Origin: a bacterium
Lineage (GTDB): Bacteria > Patescibacteriota > Dojkabacteria > JAKAPS01 > JAJZLI01
DNA: 64,000 nt
Direction: 5' to 3'
Assembly: GCA_021791275.1 (NCBI GenBank)
Contig: JAJYWX010000007.1
Coordinates: forward strand, 4,918-68,917
Part shown: positions 17,260 to 27,361 of the stretch, piece by piece
Position numbering within the stretch: the stretch's first letter is position 1
Layout: each line of letters begins with the position of its first letter
Made by a program: the position numbers and the translations under genes
The notes under the pieces: generated by a model
Told to the model about the DNA's origin: nothing
The model's input: only the letters and a program-made list of their open reading frames with translations
Databases searched by the model: none

Positions 17260-18513
17260 TTATTCTTTAAATAATATTTTAAATTTTGATCCTTTATTTA
17301 TTTCACTTTCTACTTTTATTTCAGCATTCATCTTATTAAGATATTCTTTAACCAAATATAGCCCTATTCCTGAACCTTGTTTGGTGTTTCTCTCAACATT
17401 AGATGCTCTATAAAATTTTTCAAATAGATGAGGTATATCATCTTTTGGTATACCAATTCCTTGGTCTTTTATCTCAATAACTTTTAGATTATCTTCATAA
17501 TAAGAGCTTAACTCAATTGTAGTATTTTGATCAGAATATTTTATTGAATTATCAATCAAATTTCTCATAATTTCACCAAGCCTATTTTGATCTGCATTAA
17601 TATAATTTATCGATTTATCTAAGTTTGTTATAATCTTTATATTTCTCTCAGAAGCTTTTGGTTGCATTGTATCTGTAACTTGATTTATAAATGTACTAAG
17701 GTCTATTGGTTTAATATCAAATGGAATGTTCTCTATATTTAAATTTTTTATACTAAGCATATTTTCTGATAATTGTTTTAATATCTCAATGTTTGTTAAT
17801 GTCTTATTGAATGTATTAAGTATATTTTCACTTATCATATTTCTATATTTTTGTATTATTTTTTCAGTCTGATCTTGTGTTAACTGTATAGGTGAAACTA
17901 GCTCCTGAGATGCTATTTCAAAAAATGAATCCTTTTCATTATTAATCTCCTCTCCTTGAACTTTTAGAGAAACTTCATTTTTATATTTATCTGTAAATGT
18001 TCTATAAATTGAAAAATAGTTAATATTTATTATCAAGCTTGATATTATGCATCCAAGATAGATTATGAGATAAAACTTTTCTTGTGTATTTGAAAATGTT
18101 GGATCTAATATCATTGCAAGAGTACCTAGTATTAGAATTATTATATAGAAAGTAGTTTCTCTTAAATTTATTCCAAGCATGATTAGTGAAAATACTATTG
18201 TTGGAAAAACTAGGAAGAATAAAAGTACTATATTTTTAAGTAGTATTAAGATTACAAAAAAGGATATAGTTATAAAAGTTTCTTCAATATATATTTTTCT
18301 ATGTATTGGCTTTATCGAAACTATATGGTGCCATATAAATCCAAATATTATAAATGATAAACCTAATATATCATATCTTATAATATATCCAATACTTTCC
18401 TTGTTATATATATTATATATAGTATATATAACTATAAAACTTAAACTTATGATATAGATTAGTGTCTCTATAAGTTTGTCAATTTTAATATTTTTTTGAT
18501 CCTCTTCATTCAT
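17260..18513 (-). CDS. Histidine-kinase-like membrane protein with Gln replacing the phospho-acceptor His
   Basis: Multi-TM sensor, then a HisKA-like box IASQELVSPIQL (codon cag where cat/cac is expected), then an intact HATPase_c (LIDNSIKYS; DQGIGIP; GSGIGLYLV). Confidence 0.7.
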   Translation of the reverse strand: MNEEDQKNIKIDKLIETLIYIISLSFIVIYTIYNIYNKESIGYIIRYDILGLSFIIFGFIWHHIVSIKPIHRKIYIEETFITISFFVILILLKNIVLLFFLVFPTIVFSLIMLGINLRETTFYIIILILGTLAMILDPTFSNTQEKFYLIIYLGCIISSLIININYFSIYRTFTDKYKNEVSLKVQGEEINNEKDSFFEIASQELVSPIQLTQDQTEKIIQKYRNMISENILNTFNKTLTNIEILKQLSENMLSIKNLNIENIPFDIKPIDLSTFINQVTDTMQPKASERNIKIITNLDKSINYINADQNRLGEIMRNLIDNSIKYSDQNTTIELSSYYEDNLKVIEIKDQGIGIPKDDIPHLFEKFYRASNVERNTKQGSGIGLYLVKEYLNKMNAEIKVESEINKGSKFKILFKE

Positions 18514-19627
18514 ATTTTTTGAGTATATCTTTAATAATATTTATACTTTTTAATATTTCTTCTTCTTCATTTTCGTGCCCAAATGAAAATCTGACTGAGT
18601 GTTTCACATCAGTATCACTCATTCCTAAGGCTTTTAGCACGTGAGATGGTTCTATAGAAAGAGATGAGCATGCAGATCCTGCAGAAGCAGCGATATTATT
18701 ATTATCAAGCTGAATTAGCATACTTTCTGAGGTTATATTTTTAAAAAGTATATTTGAAAGATGGGGCATTCTGTTATCTGCTTTCGAATTAATATTTACA
18801 TTATCTATTTTTAAAATCTCTTTTTCAAATGAATCTCTTAAATGTTTAACTTTTTTATATCTTTTATCTCGCTCCTCTTTCAATATTTCTGTAGCTTTCC
18901 CAAAACCTATAATTCCGGGAACATTTTCAGTTCCGCCCCTTATTCTATATTCTTGAGATCCTCCAGATATGAGAGGTTTTATAGGTGTTTCTCTTTTTAT
19001 GTATAAAGCACCTACACCTTTAGGGCCATTTATTTTATGTGCTCCAAAGGTCATCAGGTCAACATTTAACTCTGAAACATCCATATTAAGGTATTTCATT
19101 GCTTGCATTGCATCTGTATGAAAAATTATTCCTTTCTCTTTAACTATTTTGGATATTTCTTTAATATTTTGTATTGTTCCTATTTCTGAATTAGCATATA
19201 TTATTGAGACTAAAATTGTTTTATCAGTAATACTTTTCTCTAGATCATCTAATGATATATTCCCAAATTTATCATTTTTAATGTATGTAATCTCTGCACC
19301 CTTTAGAGATTGAACAGTTTTTAAGACGGAGTCATGTTCTATAGATGATATAATTATATGTTGACCTTTATCCTTTAGTGCCTCATAAGTACCTTTTATT
19401 GCAAGGTTATTGCTTTCACTTCCTCCTGATGTAAATACTATCTCTTGTATTTCAGAGTTTATATAATTTGCAATTATTTCTCTTGCATTATCTATTTCTC
19501 TTCTTATATCTTGGCCTGATTTATATATAGAACTTGGATTTCCATACCTATCTTTTAAAAATGGAATCATAGCATCCACTACTCTTTCATCAATTTTTGT
19601 AGTTGCAGAATTATCAAAATACATCAT
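18506..19627 (-). CDS. iscS: Cysteine desulfurase (NifS/IscS family, class V aminotransferase)
   Basis: PLP-Lys motif FGAHKINGPKG, GGSQEYRIRGGTENVPGIIG, and active-site Cys loop SAGSACSS. Confidence 0.85.
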   Translation of the reverse strand: MMYFDNSATTKIDERVVDAMIPFLKDRYGNPSSIYKSGQDIRREIDNAREIIANYINSEIQEIVFTSGGSESNNLAIKGTYEALKDKGQHIIISSIEHDSVLKTVQSLKGAEITYIKNDKFGNISLDDLEKSITDKTILVSIIYANSEIGTIQNIKEISKIVKEKGIIFHTDAMQAMKYLNMDVSELNVDLMTFGAHKINGPKGVGALYIKRETPIKPLISGGSQEYRIRGGTENVPGIIGFGKATEILKEERDKRYKKVKHLRDSFEKEILKIDNVNINSKADNRMPHLSNILFKNITSESMLIQLDNNNIAASAGSACSSLSIEPSHVLKALGMSDTDVKHSVRFSFGHENEEEEILKSINIIKDILKKYE

Positions 19628-19695
19628 ATCTTCTTTTATTTTATATCAAAATATTATATTATGTAAGATAAAATATATAATTAGAAAATAAATCT

Positions 19696-20916
19696 ATGAA
19701 TGATCAAAATAATGGGGGAGCAGTGATACCTCCTAATAAAGATTTTAATATTCCAAATGTCTTTCAGCAACAAGATGCTGTTAATAATGATTTAAATAAA
19801 AGTGATACTCCATCAACAGATATTCCTCAGCAAAACTCATCTGAAGGAACAGAAGAAGTATCAGCTGGTGTATGGAATACTGTTCAAAATACTCTACAAA
19901 ATGAAGGCAATTCAAATAACCAAATTCCAGATAGTGTAGAGCCATATAATATAGCTAAAGAAGGGAATCCCCAAGAAGAGGTTAAGGTTGAGCCTAAGGA
20001 AGAAGTCAATAAAACTCCAGAAAATAATATTTCTATTGATAAGAATCCATATGATTTTGTGTTAGAAAATAGTAACCCATTTTTAACTAAAGATAACCCT
20101 TCATCAGATATGAATTCAATGAATAATCCTAATGTTATAACGGGAAACAGTACACAGACAAATACTATTCCTCAAGATAATAATTTATCTCAACCCTCTC
20201 AGGTGGGATTAGGAAATAACCCCTATAATCAATCAGGTCAAAATTTGAATAACAATACTGATGGTTCAACCCTCCAATCTCAGCAAGGTGTACCTGGTTA
20301 TTCTCAAGATCCAGCTGTTCCTGGTGCAGGATTTAACAATTCCAATCCTAATCCAAACCAGACCATTCCAAGTAATAATGGTTTTGATCCTAATAATATA
20401 GGAGTTAAGCAAAATAATACTTCTTTTCCTCAAGACAAAGGTAATATACATGATCCATTTGAGAGTCAGAATCTAAATAATAATATATCTCAAGGACAAC
20501 AAAATAATTTTGTTAATAATAATTTTGATCAAAATGGAATACCTACTCAAAATGTAAGCCAACCCCAGATGGCAAGTGATATCGCAGATAATAGGAGTGA
20601 GGATCTTTTAAATGTATTGTCATATGTTCTTTTTTTGAATATTTTTATGGTAATAATAGCTTTTTTGAAAAAAGATAATTTTTTAAGATTTAATTCAATA
20701 CAAGGGTTCGTATTTGATCTTGTATTCTTAGTATTATTCCTTTTAATAAGATATTTACAGCAGTTATTCACTACTATTTCTATAATATTTCTTATATTAC
20801 AGGTAATTTTATTTATATCTTGGATTCTGCTTTCAATATTTTTTATGTATAAAGCATACAATGGGGATAAGTATAGCTTCTCCTTTTTCGGAAAAATTGC
20901 CAAAGCATTTGATTAA
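19696..20916 (+). CDS. Membrane protein with a long N/Q/P-rich low-complexity N-terminal region and C-terminal TM helices
   Basis: About 300 aa of N/Q/P/S-rich sequence, then three hydrophobic helices. Confidence 0.35.
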   Translation: MNDQNNGGAVIPPNKDFNIPNVFQQQDAVNNDLNKSDTPSTDIPQQNSSEGTEEVSAGVWNTVQNTLQNEGNSNNQIPDSVEPYNIAKEGNPQEEVKVEPKEEVNKTPENNISIDKNPYDFVLENSNPFLTKDNPSSDMNSMNNPNVITGNSTQTNTIPQDNNLSQPSQVGLGNNPYNQSGQNLNNNTDGSTLQSQQGVPGYSQDPAVPGAGFNNSNPNPNQTIPSNNGFDPNNIGVKQNNTSFPQDKGNIHDPFESQNLNNNISQGQQNNFVNNNFDQNGIPTQNVSQPQMASDIADNRSEDLLNVLSYVLFLNIFMVIIAFLKKDNFLRFNSIQGFVFDLVFLVLFLLIRYLQQLFTTISIIFLILQVILFISWILLSIFFMYKAYNGDKYSFSFFGKIAKAFD

Positions 20917-20948
20917 AATATTTTTTTATAGTGTATAATTAGCTAATT

Positions 20949-21021
20949 GGCGACGTATCCGAGTTGGTTCAGGAAGCGGTCTGCAAAACCGTATACGTGG
21001 GTTCGAATCCCATCGTCGTCT
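20949..21021 (+). tRNA. tRNA-Cys (GCA)
   Basis: Acceptor GGCGACG/CGTCGTC, anticodon stem GCGGT/ACCGT, loop CTGCAAA (GCA), T-arm GTGGG-TTCGAAT-CCCAT; 73 nt. It sits 13 bp upstream of alaS. Confidence 0.8.
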
Positions 21022-21034
21022 ATATAAAAAATAC

Positions 21035-23116
21035 ATGGATAGTAACGATATAAGGAAAAAATTTGTAGAATTTTTTAAAAGAAATGGTCATCAAGAGTTT
21101 GAATCTTCCTCTCTTGTTCCTGATGATGAAACACTTCTCTTCACAACTGCAGGTATGGTTCAGATGGTGCCATACCTTTTGCGTGAAAAAGATATAGAAT
21201 ATCCTCGGGTATGCTCTATTCAGAAAAGTTTTAGAACTGTAGATATAGATAGAATTGGTGAAGATGGAAGACATCTTACATTTTTTGAAATGTTAGGTTC
21301 ATGGTCTTTTGGGGATTATTATAAAGAAGAGGCAATTAGGCTTGCATTCGAACTTTTAACTAAAGAGTATGGAATAGAAAAAGATAAGTTATGGGTAAGT
21401 GTTTTTAAGGGAGATAAAAATATTCCTGAAGATAAAGAATCATATGAGCATTGGTTAAATATAGGTATACCTCAAGATAGGATAGTTAAACTAGGAAGGG
21501 ATAATTTCTGGGGGCCTACGTCAGAGGAAGGTCCTTGTGGTCCCTCTACGGAAATATACTTTGATCAAGGAGAAGGTATATGTATTAAAAAAGAATATGT
21601 ATGTTGCAAAAAAAATAAGTGTATTCCCGGATGTGATTGTGATAGATTTTTAGAAATATGGAATGCAGGAGTTTTTATGGAATATTTTAAAGATGTAAAT
21701 GGCATTTTTTCAAAACTCCCATTCACTAATGTAGATACAGGGGCAGGATTAGAAAGGCTTTCCCTAGTACTTCAGGGCAAAAAATCAGTTTTTGAAACAG
21801 ATTTGTTTTATCCATTAATAGAAAATATAAAAAAACACACTCCTGAAAAAGATAAATTTAACATTAATAGTGCTTATCTTATTGCAGATCATGTAAAAGC
21901 TTCTGTATTCTTAATATCTGATGGAGTTTTACCTTCAAATGAGTATAGAGGATATATATTAAGAAGAATTATAAGAAGAATGTTTTATCATAAAACCTTT
22001 ATTGGAAATAATGATGGGGGTTTTATTGATCTAATAGAAAAGGTAATTGATATATATAAAGATCAGTATCCAAATATTTCTGATTTGGATAGAATTCAGA
22101 ATGTACTTTTCTCTGAAGATCTTTTATATTCAAATACTATACTTAAGGGAATAAAAAAACTTGAAGATATGATAAAAGATAAAAAAATTATATTAGGTGA
22201 GGATCTTTTTAAATTACATGATACATATGGCTTAAGTTTAGATATGTCTAAAGATATATTAAAAGCAAAGGGAATTAAATTTGATGAAAGAGGGTTTCAA
22301 GAGAATATGAGAAGGCAACAGGAAAGGTCAAGAATGAACTCAACATTTTCACTAGGAAAAGGGATGGAGTCAGATTTTTCAGACTTTCCCAAAACAGAGT
22401 TTTTGGGATATGATATTTTATCTTTAAAAGATGCAAAAGTTTTATATTCTCAAAGAAATGGAGATGATGTAACTTTTATTTTAGATAAGACAACATTTTA
22501 TGCAGAAGGTGGGGGACAAGTGGGTGATAGTGGTAAGGTTGTGGGGAATGAATTAGAAGTAGATGTAAGTAATGTGAAAAAAACTAAATTGGGAGTCTAT
22601 TTGCATTTTGGAAAAGTTGTGAATGGAGATATAAAAGAAGGAGATTTTGTTTCCTGCTATGTTGATAAAGAAAAAAGAGAGAAAGCATCCTTTAATCATA
22701 CAGCTGTACATCTTTTAAATGAAGCGGTAAAAAAAATATTAGGAAATGATGTTTCTCAAAAAGGTGCATTTATAGATTCTGAAAGAATGAGATTTGATTT
22801 TAATTTTCCGAGAGCATTAACTGAAGATGAAATAAAGGCAATAGAAGATTTGGTAAATTTAAATATATCAAAAAATGAGGAAATTGAGGTTTTAGAAAAA
22901 AATTTTGATGATGTAAAAAAAATGGGAGTAGATCTTGCATTTGAAGATAGATATGATAAAAATTCCAAATTAAGAGTTGTAAAAATAGGGGATTTTTCTG
23001 TAGAGCTTTGTGGTGGAACTCATTTTGGAAATACATCGTCTTTAGGTCACTTTAAAATTACTAAACAGGAGAGTGCTTCTAAAGGTATAAGGCGAATAAG
23101 AGCAATTTTAGAATAA
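21035..23116 (+). CDS. alaS: Alanine--tRNA ligase, short form lacking the C-Ala domain
   Basis: N-terminus FKRNGHQEFESSSLVPDDETLLFTTAGMVQ; editing-domain HTAVHLL and CGGTHFGNTSSLG motifs; only 693 aa. Confidence 0.9.
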   Translation: MDSNDIRKKFVEFFKRNGHQEFESSSLVPDDETLLFTTAGMVQMVPYLLREKDIEYPRVCSIQKSFRTVDIDRIGEDGRHLTFFEMLGSWSFGDYYKEEAIRLAFELLTKEYGIEKDKLWVSVFKGDKNIPEDKESYEHWLNIGIPQDRIVKLGRDNFWGPTSEEGPCGPSTEIYFDQGEGICIKKEYVCCKKNKCIPGCDCDRFLEIWNAGVFMEYFKDVNGIFSKLPFTNVDTGAGLERLSLVLQGKKSVFETDLFYPLIENIKKHTPEKDKFNINSAYLIADHVKASVFLISDGVLPSNEYRGYILRRIIRRMFYHKTFIGNNDGGFIDLIEKVIDIYKDQYPNISDLDRIQNVLFSEDLLYSNTILKGIKKLEDMIKDKKIILGEDLFKLHDTYGLSLDMSKDILKAKGIKFDERGFQENMRRQQERSRMNSTFSLGKGMESDFSDFPKTEFLGYDILSLKDAKVLYSQRNGDDVTFILDKTTFYAEGGGQVGDSGKVVGNELEVDVSNVKKTKLGVYLHFGKVVNGDIKEGDFVSCYVDKEKREKASFNHTAVHLLNEAVKKILGNDVSQKGAFIDSERMRFDFNFPRALTEDEIKAIEDLVNLNISKNEEIEVLEKNFDDVKKMGVDLAFEDRYDKNSKLRVVKIGDFSVELCGGTHFGNTSSLGHFKITKQESASKGIRRIRAILE

Positions 23117-23121
23117 AATTT

Positions 23122-23502
23122 ATGTCATACTTCTTGGGAATAGATTTTGGAAATAAATATATAGGATTAGCTCTCTCAGATAAGAAAGGTAAGTATTCAT
23201 CTCCATATTCTGTAGTTAGAAATAACAAAGATTTTTTATCTTTTCTTAATGATTTGATATTAAAATATTCTGTAGATACTGTAATAATTGGGAATCCTCT
23301 AAATTCAGAAGGAGAGGATAGTGTTTATTCAGAAAAAATAAAGGAATTTTCAAAAAATATTAATTGTAAATATGTCTTGTGGAATGAAACTTTAACATCG
23401 TTTGAATCTAAAGGGAATTTATCGAAAAATAAAAAAAGAATAGATGATGTTGCAGCATCAATTATTTTACAAGAATATCTAGATTATATAAATAAATCAT
23501 GA
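23122..23502 (+). CDS. ruvX: Holliday-junction resolvase-like YqgF/RuvX
   Basis: N-terminus FLGIDFGNKYIGLALSD (RNase H-like YqgF signature); conserved alaS-ruvX-mltG order. Confidence 0.8.
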   Translation: MSYFLGIDFGNKYIGLALSDKKGKYSSPYSVVRNNKDFLSFLNDLILKYSVDTVIIGNPLNSEGEDSVYSEKIKEFSKNINCKYVLWNETLTSFESKGNLSKNKKRIDDVAASIILQEYLDYINKS

Positions 23503-24554
23503 GAAAACTCAAGATAGCTATAGTAATATTGGTATTTTTGGTATTAGTTTTTGGAGCTTTGTTTTATTGGTATGAGTCAAATGTTGATTATGTGGGAGGT
23601 ATAAAAACCTCATTTATAAATTTTAGTATTTATCCTAATGATAATACAGGTACAATCTTATCTGAGCTTAAAAAGGGTAATTTAATATCTTCTGTTAATG
23701 TTGCATATTTATATATTTATCTTCAAAGACCACTTTTCTCATTTTATCCAGGAGAATATAGGATTTATAAGAACGAAAATTTAGAAGCTTTAATAAATAC
23801 TTTCAATAATGGCCCTTTTTATAAAATTATTGAAATTCCCTCTGGTCTTAGAATAGCGGAGCAGGCTAATGTTATAAGAAATGAACTTAGTGTGGATAAT
23901 CCTCACTATAAATTCTCAACTTCAAATTTTAGATATATTGCACATACTTCATTTAGAAATTTATACAGTTACAATTTTTTAACATATATACCCTCTAATG
24001 GGACCCTTGAGGGGTTTCTTTATCCTGGAGTATATAATGTTCCATTGAATGCAAATGCAGAGTATATAATTAATTTAGAACTCATGGGATTTGAGAAAAA
24101 TATTTTTTCGAAATATACAAACGATCTTATAAATGATCCAGATGGGTTAACTTTTTACCAAAATATGGTTATAGCATCTATTGTAAGGAGAGAAACTTTG
24201 TATAATTCTGATAAGCCAATAGTTGCAAATATATTTATAAGGAGGTATGAAAGTGGTATACCTCTTGGATCGGATGCAACAGTTCAGTATGCACTTGGAT
24301 TTGATCAATCTGAAGGTAAATGGTGGAGGACTAATATTACATCTCAAGACCTATCAATTAACTCTCCTTATAATACAAGATTGTATAAGGGTATTCCGCC
24401 TACTCCAATTTGCTCTCCTGGGATAAATTCTATATTAGCTACCTTTAATTCAAAACCCAACAATTATCTTTTCTTTGTTGCAGGTAAAAATGGTCATCTT
24501 CATTATGCAAGAACTTTGGCGGGACAAAATAAAAATATCCAAGAATACTTGTAA
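23499..24554 (+). CDS. mltG: Endolytic murein transglycosylase MltG (YceG-like)
   Basis: N-terminal TM segment, then IPSGLRIAEQANVI, GIPLGSDATVQYALG, YNTRLYKGIPPTPICSPG (YceG motifs). Confidence 0.8.
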   Translation: MRKLKIAIVILVFLVLVFGALFYWYESNVDYVGGIKTSFINFSIYPNDNTGTILSELKKGNLISSVNVAYLYIYLQRPLFSFYPGEYRIYKNENLEALINTFNNGPFYKIIEIPSGLRIAEQANVIRNELSVDNPHYKFSTSNFRYIAHTSFRNLYSYNFLTYIPSNGTLEGFLYPGVYNVPLNANAEYIINLELMGFEKNIFSKYTNDLINDPDGLTFYQNMVIASIVRRETLYNSDKPIVANIFIRRYESGIPLGSDATVQYALGFDQSEGKWWRTNITSQDLSINSPYNTRLYKGIPPTPICSPGINSILATFNSKPNNYLFFVAGKNGHLHYARTLAGQNKNIQEYL

Positions 24555-24586
24555 AAAAAATCTATTATAGCTAATATTAAAAATAT

Positions 24587-25429
24587 ATGTTTCTTAAAAA
24601 AAACTACTATATTTGGATACCTATAATTGTACTTATTGTAGTTATAGTTTTTATATTGGTATTTTCTTATTCCCAATCTTTATTGCATTCTCAAAATGAA
24701 CTTGCGAGTGTAAATGGTACACCTGTAACAAAGAATGAGCTTATAAATTATACCTGTTCTAATGGAATTAATAATTGCAAAAATAATTATATTTCTCAAT
24801 TGCAAAATTTTATTAATTATGAATTAGAATATCAATATCTAAAAAATAACAATAAGCTCCCATCCAAATATTCTATATATAATTATTATAAAAATAATAT
24901 TCCTCAATCCACATATTTATTATCTTTAAACCCTTCAAAAACTTCTTTATACTTGAGTGAAAATAATTTTTTTTCAAATCAATCATTATATTATAAATAT
25001 TATCAGCTAGATATACAGAATATAGTGGGGAATATGCTATTAAAAAATTATACAGTATATATATTTATTTATTCTGGAAATTCTGCTGCAGGAATAAATC
25101 TTATTAAATCAGAACAGAAAGAATTATCATCTAATCCAGCAAATAGGTTATCTTTATTGAAGAACCTTAATGGAGAAAATATGGTTTCAGAATTAATTTA
25201 TAATATTAACTCTCTAAATTATAAAAACACTAATATATACAGTTTTTTTAATTTAAATTCAAATATGAAAAGAATTATATTTTCTACAGAGACGAATTCG
25301 GTTTCACCTATTGAATATAGTGGAAATATGTATTATTTTGTATATAATAAATATATTAGTAATGGTTTCAGCAATATAAATGAGGCAATTAAATATTTGA
25401 GATCTAATGCAACAGTGTATGTATATTAA
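24587..25429 (+). CDS. Hypothetical membrane-anchored N/Y-rich protein
   Basis: N-terminal TM segment then low-complexity sequence. Confidence 0.3.
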   Translation: MFLKKNYYIWIPIIVLIVVIVFILVFSYSQSLLHSQNELASVNGTPVTKNELINYTCSNGINNCKNNYISQLQNFINYELEYQYLKNNNKLPSKYSIYNYYKNNIPQSTYLLSLNPSKTSLYLSENNFFSNQSLYYKYYQLDIQNIVGNMLLKNYTVYIFIYSGNSAAGINLIKSEQKELSSNPANRLSLLKNLNGENMVSELIYNINSLNYKNTNIYSFFNLNSNMKRIIFSTETNSVSPIEYSGNMYYFVYNKYISNGFSNINEAIKYLRSNATVYVY

Positions 25430-26696
25430 TAGATTTTTATTAAAATCAGTACAATTCATATCTATATTTTTTATAATATTTCTATTCCTTACCTCTAAAG
25501 ATTATGCGTTTTCATTTAGTCTTTTCAAATGTGGGATAACCAAGACTAGTGCCTGTAAGCCTCGAAATTCAATAGATTATTCACTTATCTCAGGTGCGAC
25601 TATACAGGTTAAATATTTGGATGGGACCATTTCTACTGTAGGAATATCTTCAAACTCTTTATTCAATACTGCTTCATTTAATGGTATAAATCCAGGAACT
25701 ATTACTAGCATGACAATTTCTATTCCAAAGAATGAACTAGATTCTGCATTAGGAATAGGGGCTGGATCAGGGTTTTCATATTATCCGACATTTTCTGGAT
25801 ACAACGGTTTTCCAATAGATCCGAATTTATATCTTTCAGGAGTTAACAATATTTCATATACTAAAGGATATATGTCTTCTGGTCTTACTTTTGGAGTAGT
25901 AACTAATTCTGTGTGTAATCTCTATGTTAGCCTTTTAGGATCTATTTACTATGTTTCACAAGAGACGACAACATATCATTGTGGTAGTGTTCCAAGTTAT
26001 AGAAATGAACTGTATAATTATTCTAGTCCAAACTATTATGTACATATCCCCTTTATATTTACTTCTAATAGTAATGATTTTATATTTCAATCTTTTCCAG
26101 GTGAGGATGTAAATATTTATGAAGGTAACAGTGAAAATGAAAATATTGGTATAGAGGTAAATCCTAAAAATGCATCATGCAGTTTTTCTAATTTTGCTAC
26201 CACCACTAGTAGTATAAGTGGGTCTTTCTATATTTCTGATGGACTTTTTCCAGATATTATATCCTATTCATATAATGGCACAGTAAAATATTTTACTGTA
26301 CAAAATCCATACAAAGGTAATGGTTATAATTTTACAATTAATGGACTACCTTCTGGGACGCAAGTAGATTTTTCGTATCAAGATACTGGATATCCCCCTG
26401 TTCCAAAATGTTTAGGAAATGCTACTACGAAAACTGTAGTTACATTATGTAATTTGAGTACATGTCCCCCTCCCTCTTGTTTACAACAAGCTACACCTTC
26501 AAATCAGCTTAATATTAATGGTGGATTAGTAGGATATAATGGAGTATATATTTTTAGAGATTTAGGCAACTGTCAAGATTATTATTATCCTTCAGTAAAT
26601 ATAAACTATAATCCCGCCTTCTTAGATATAAAGAATTCTTTGTATAATAGGAATTTGGGCTATTATATTCAGTATTGGCTAGAACCTGGAATATAG
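25407..26696 (+). CDS. Hypothetical secreted protein with a Cys-rich C-terminus
   Basis: Signal/TM N-terminus; C-terminal CNLSTCPPPSC...GNCQDY cluster. Confidence 0.3.
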   Translation: MQQCMYINRFLLKSVQFISIFFIIFLFLTSKDYAFSFSLFKCGITKTSACKPRNSIDYSLISGATIQVKYLDGTISTVGISSNSLFNTASFNGINPGTITSMTISIPKNELDSALGIGAGSGFSYYPTFSGYNGFPIDPNLYLSGVNNISYTKGYMSSGLTFGVVTNSVCNLYVSLLGSIYYVSQETTTYHCGSVPSYRNELYNYSSPNYYVHIPFIFTSNSNDFIFQSFPGEDVNIYEGNSENENIGIEVNPKNASCSFSNFATTTSSISGSFYISDGLFPDIISYSYNGTVKYFTVQNPYKGNGYNFTINGLPSGTQVDFSYQDTGYPPVPKCLGNATTKTVVTLCNLSTCPPPSCLQQATPSNQLNINGGLVGYNGVYIFRDLGNCQDYYYPSVNINYNPAFLDIKNSLYNRNLGYYIQYWLEPGI

Positions 26697-26733
26697 TTGT
26701 ATTTTTTTTATACTTTCGTTAATATAAATTTAT

Positions 26734-27357
26734 ATGGAAAAGTACTTTTTTAAATCAATCTTTTATTTTATATCCTTTGTGGGGGTGTTCCTTTTATCGA
26801 ATTTCTTTTCGGCTGGGTATATATTTGCTCAAACTCCTCCATCTTCAGTATCTTCTGGATCAGGATCAACTTCAACATCAACTACAAAAACCTCAACAGA
26901 TACACTTTCATGTAATTCTTTTTCTATTTCTCAAGGTGGAAATACATCATCTAATGTAAGTTCCTCATCTCCAGTAACAATAACTTCAGGCATCACTGCA
27001 TCATCATCTTCAACAATAAACTATACAAACGCTACTTGGTCTTCTAGTGTGGGAACAATATCTCCTTCTTCTTCAAAAGAGTCAGCTGTATGGACTCCTC
27101 CATCAAATTCAACAAATGGTGAAAGTGCAACGATATCTTTATCTAATGTAACAGACTCTACTGGTGCAAGTTTATCATCTCCTTGTACTGTAACATTAAC
27201 TATCCAGGTATCTTCTCTTCCAAATTCCGGATACGACACTCCTACATATATAGCATTAATTTCTGGGATATTTTTAGTTTTGTTATCATTTATATACTTT
27301 AGATATAATTTTGATATTAAGTCTGGTATCTTTAAAAATAGAGTTTCAAAAAGATAA
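26734..27357 (+). CDS. Ser/Thr-rich surface protein with a possible LPxTG-like (LPNSG) sorting signal
   Basis: Signal peptide, S/T-rich body, then C-terminus SLPNSG-YDTPTY-IALISGIFLVLLSFIYF-RYNFDIKSGIFKNRVSKR (motif, hydrophobic stretch, basic tail). Confidence 0.35.
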   Translation: MEKYFFKSIFYFISFVGVFLLSNFFSAGYIFAQTPPSSVSSGSGSTSTSTTKTSTDTLSCNSFSISQGGNTSSNVSSSSPVTITSGITASSSSTINYTNATWSSSVGTISPSSSKESAVWTPPSNSTNGESATISLSNVTDSTGASLSSPCTVTLTIQVSSLPNSGYDTPTYIALISGIFLVLLSFIYFRYNFDIKSGIFKNRVSKR

Positions 27358-27361
27358 TTTC

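Noticed and set aside
21020-21274. 84-aa minus-strand ORF overlapping tRNA-Cys and the alaS start
   Set aside because: It is antisense to a confidently identified tRNA and AlaRS N-terminus, so it is spurious.
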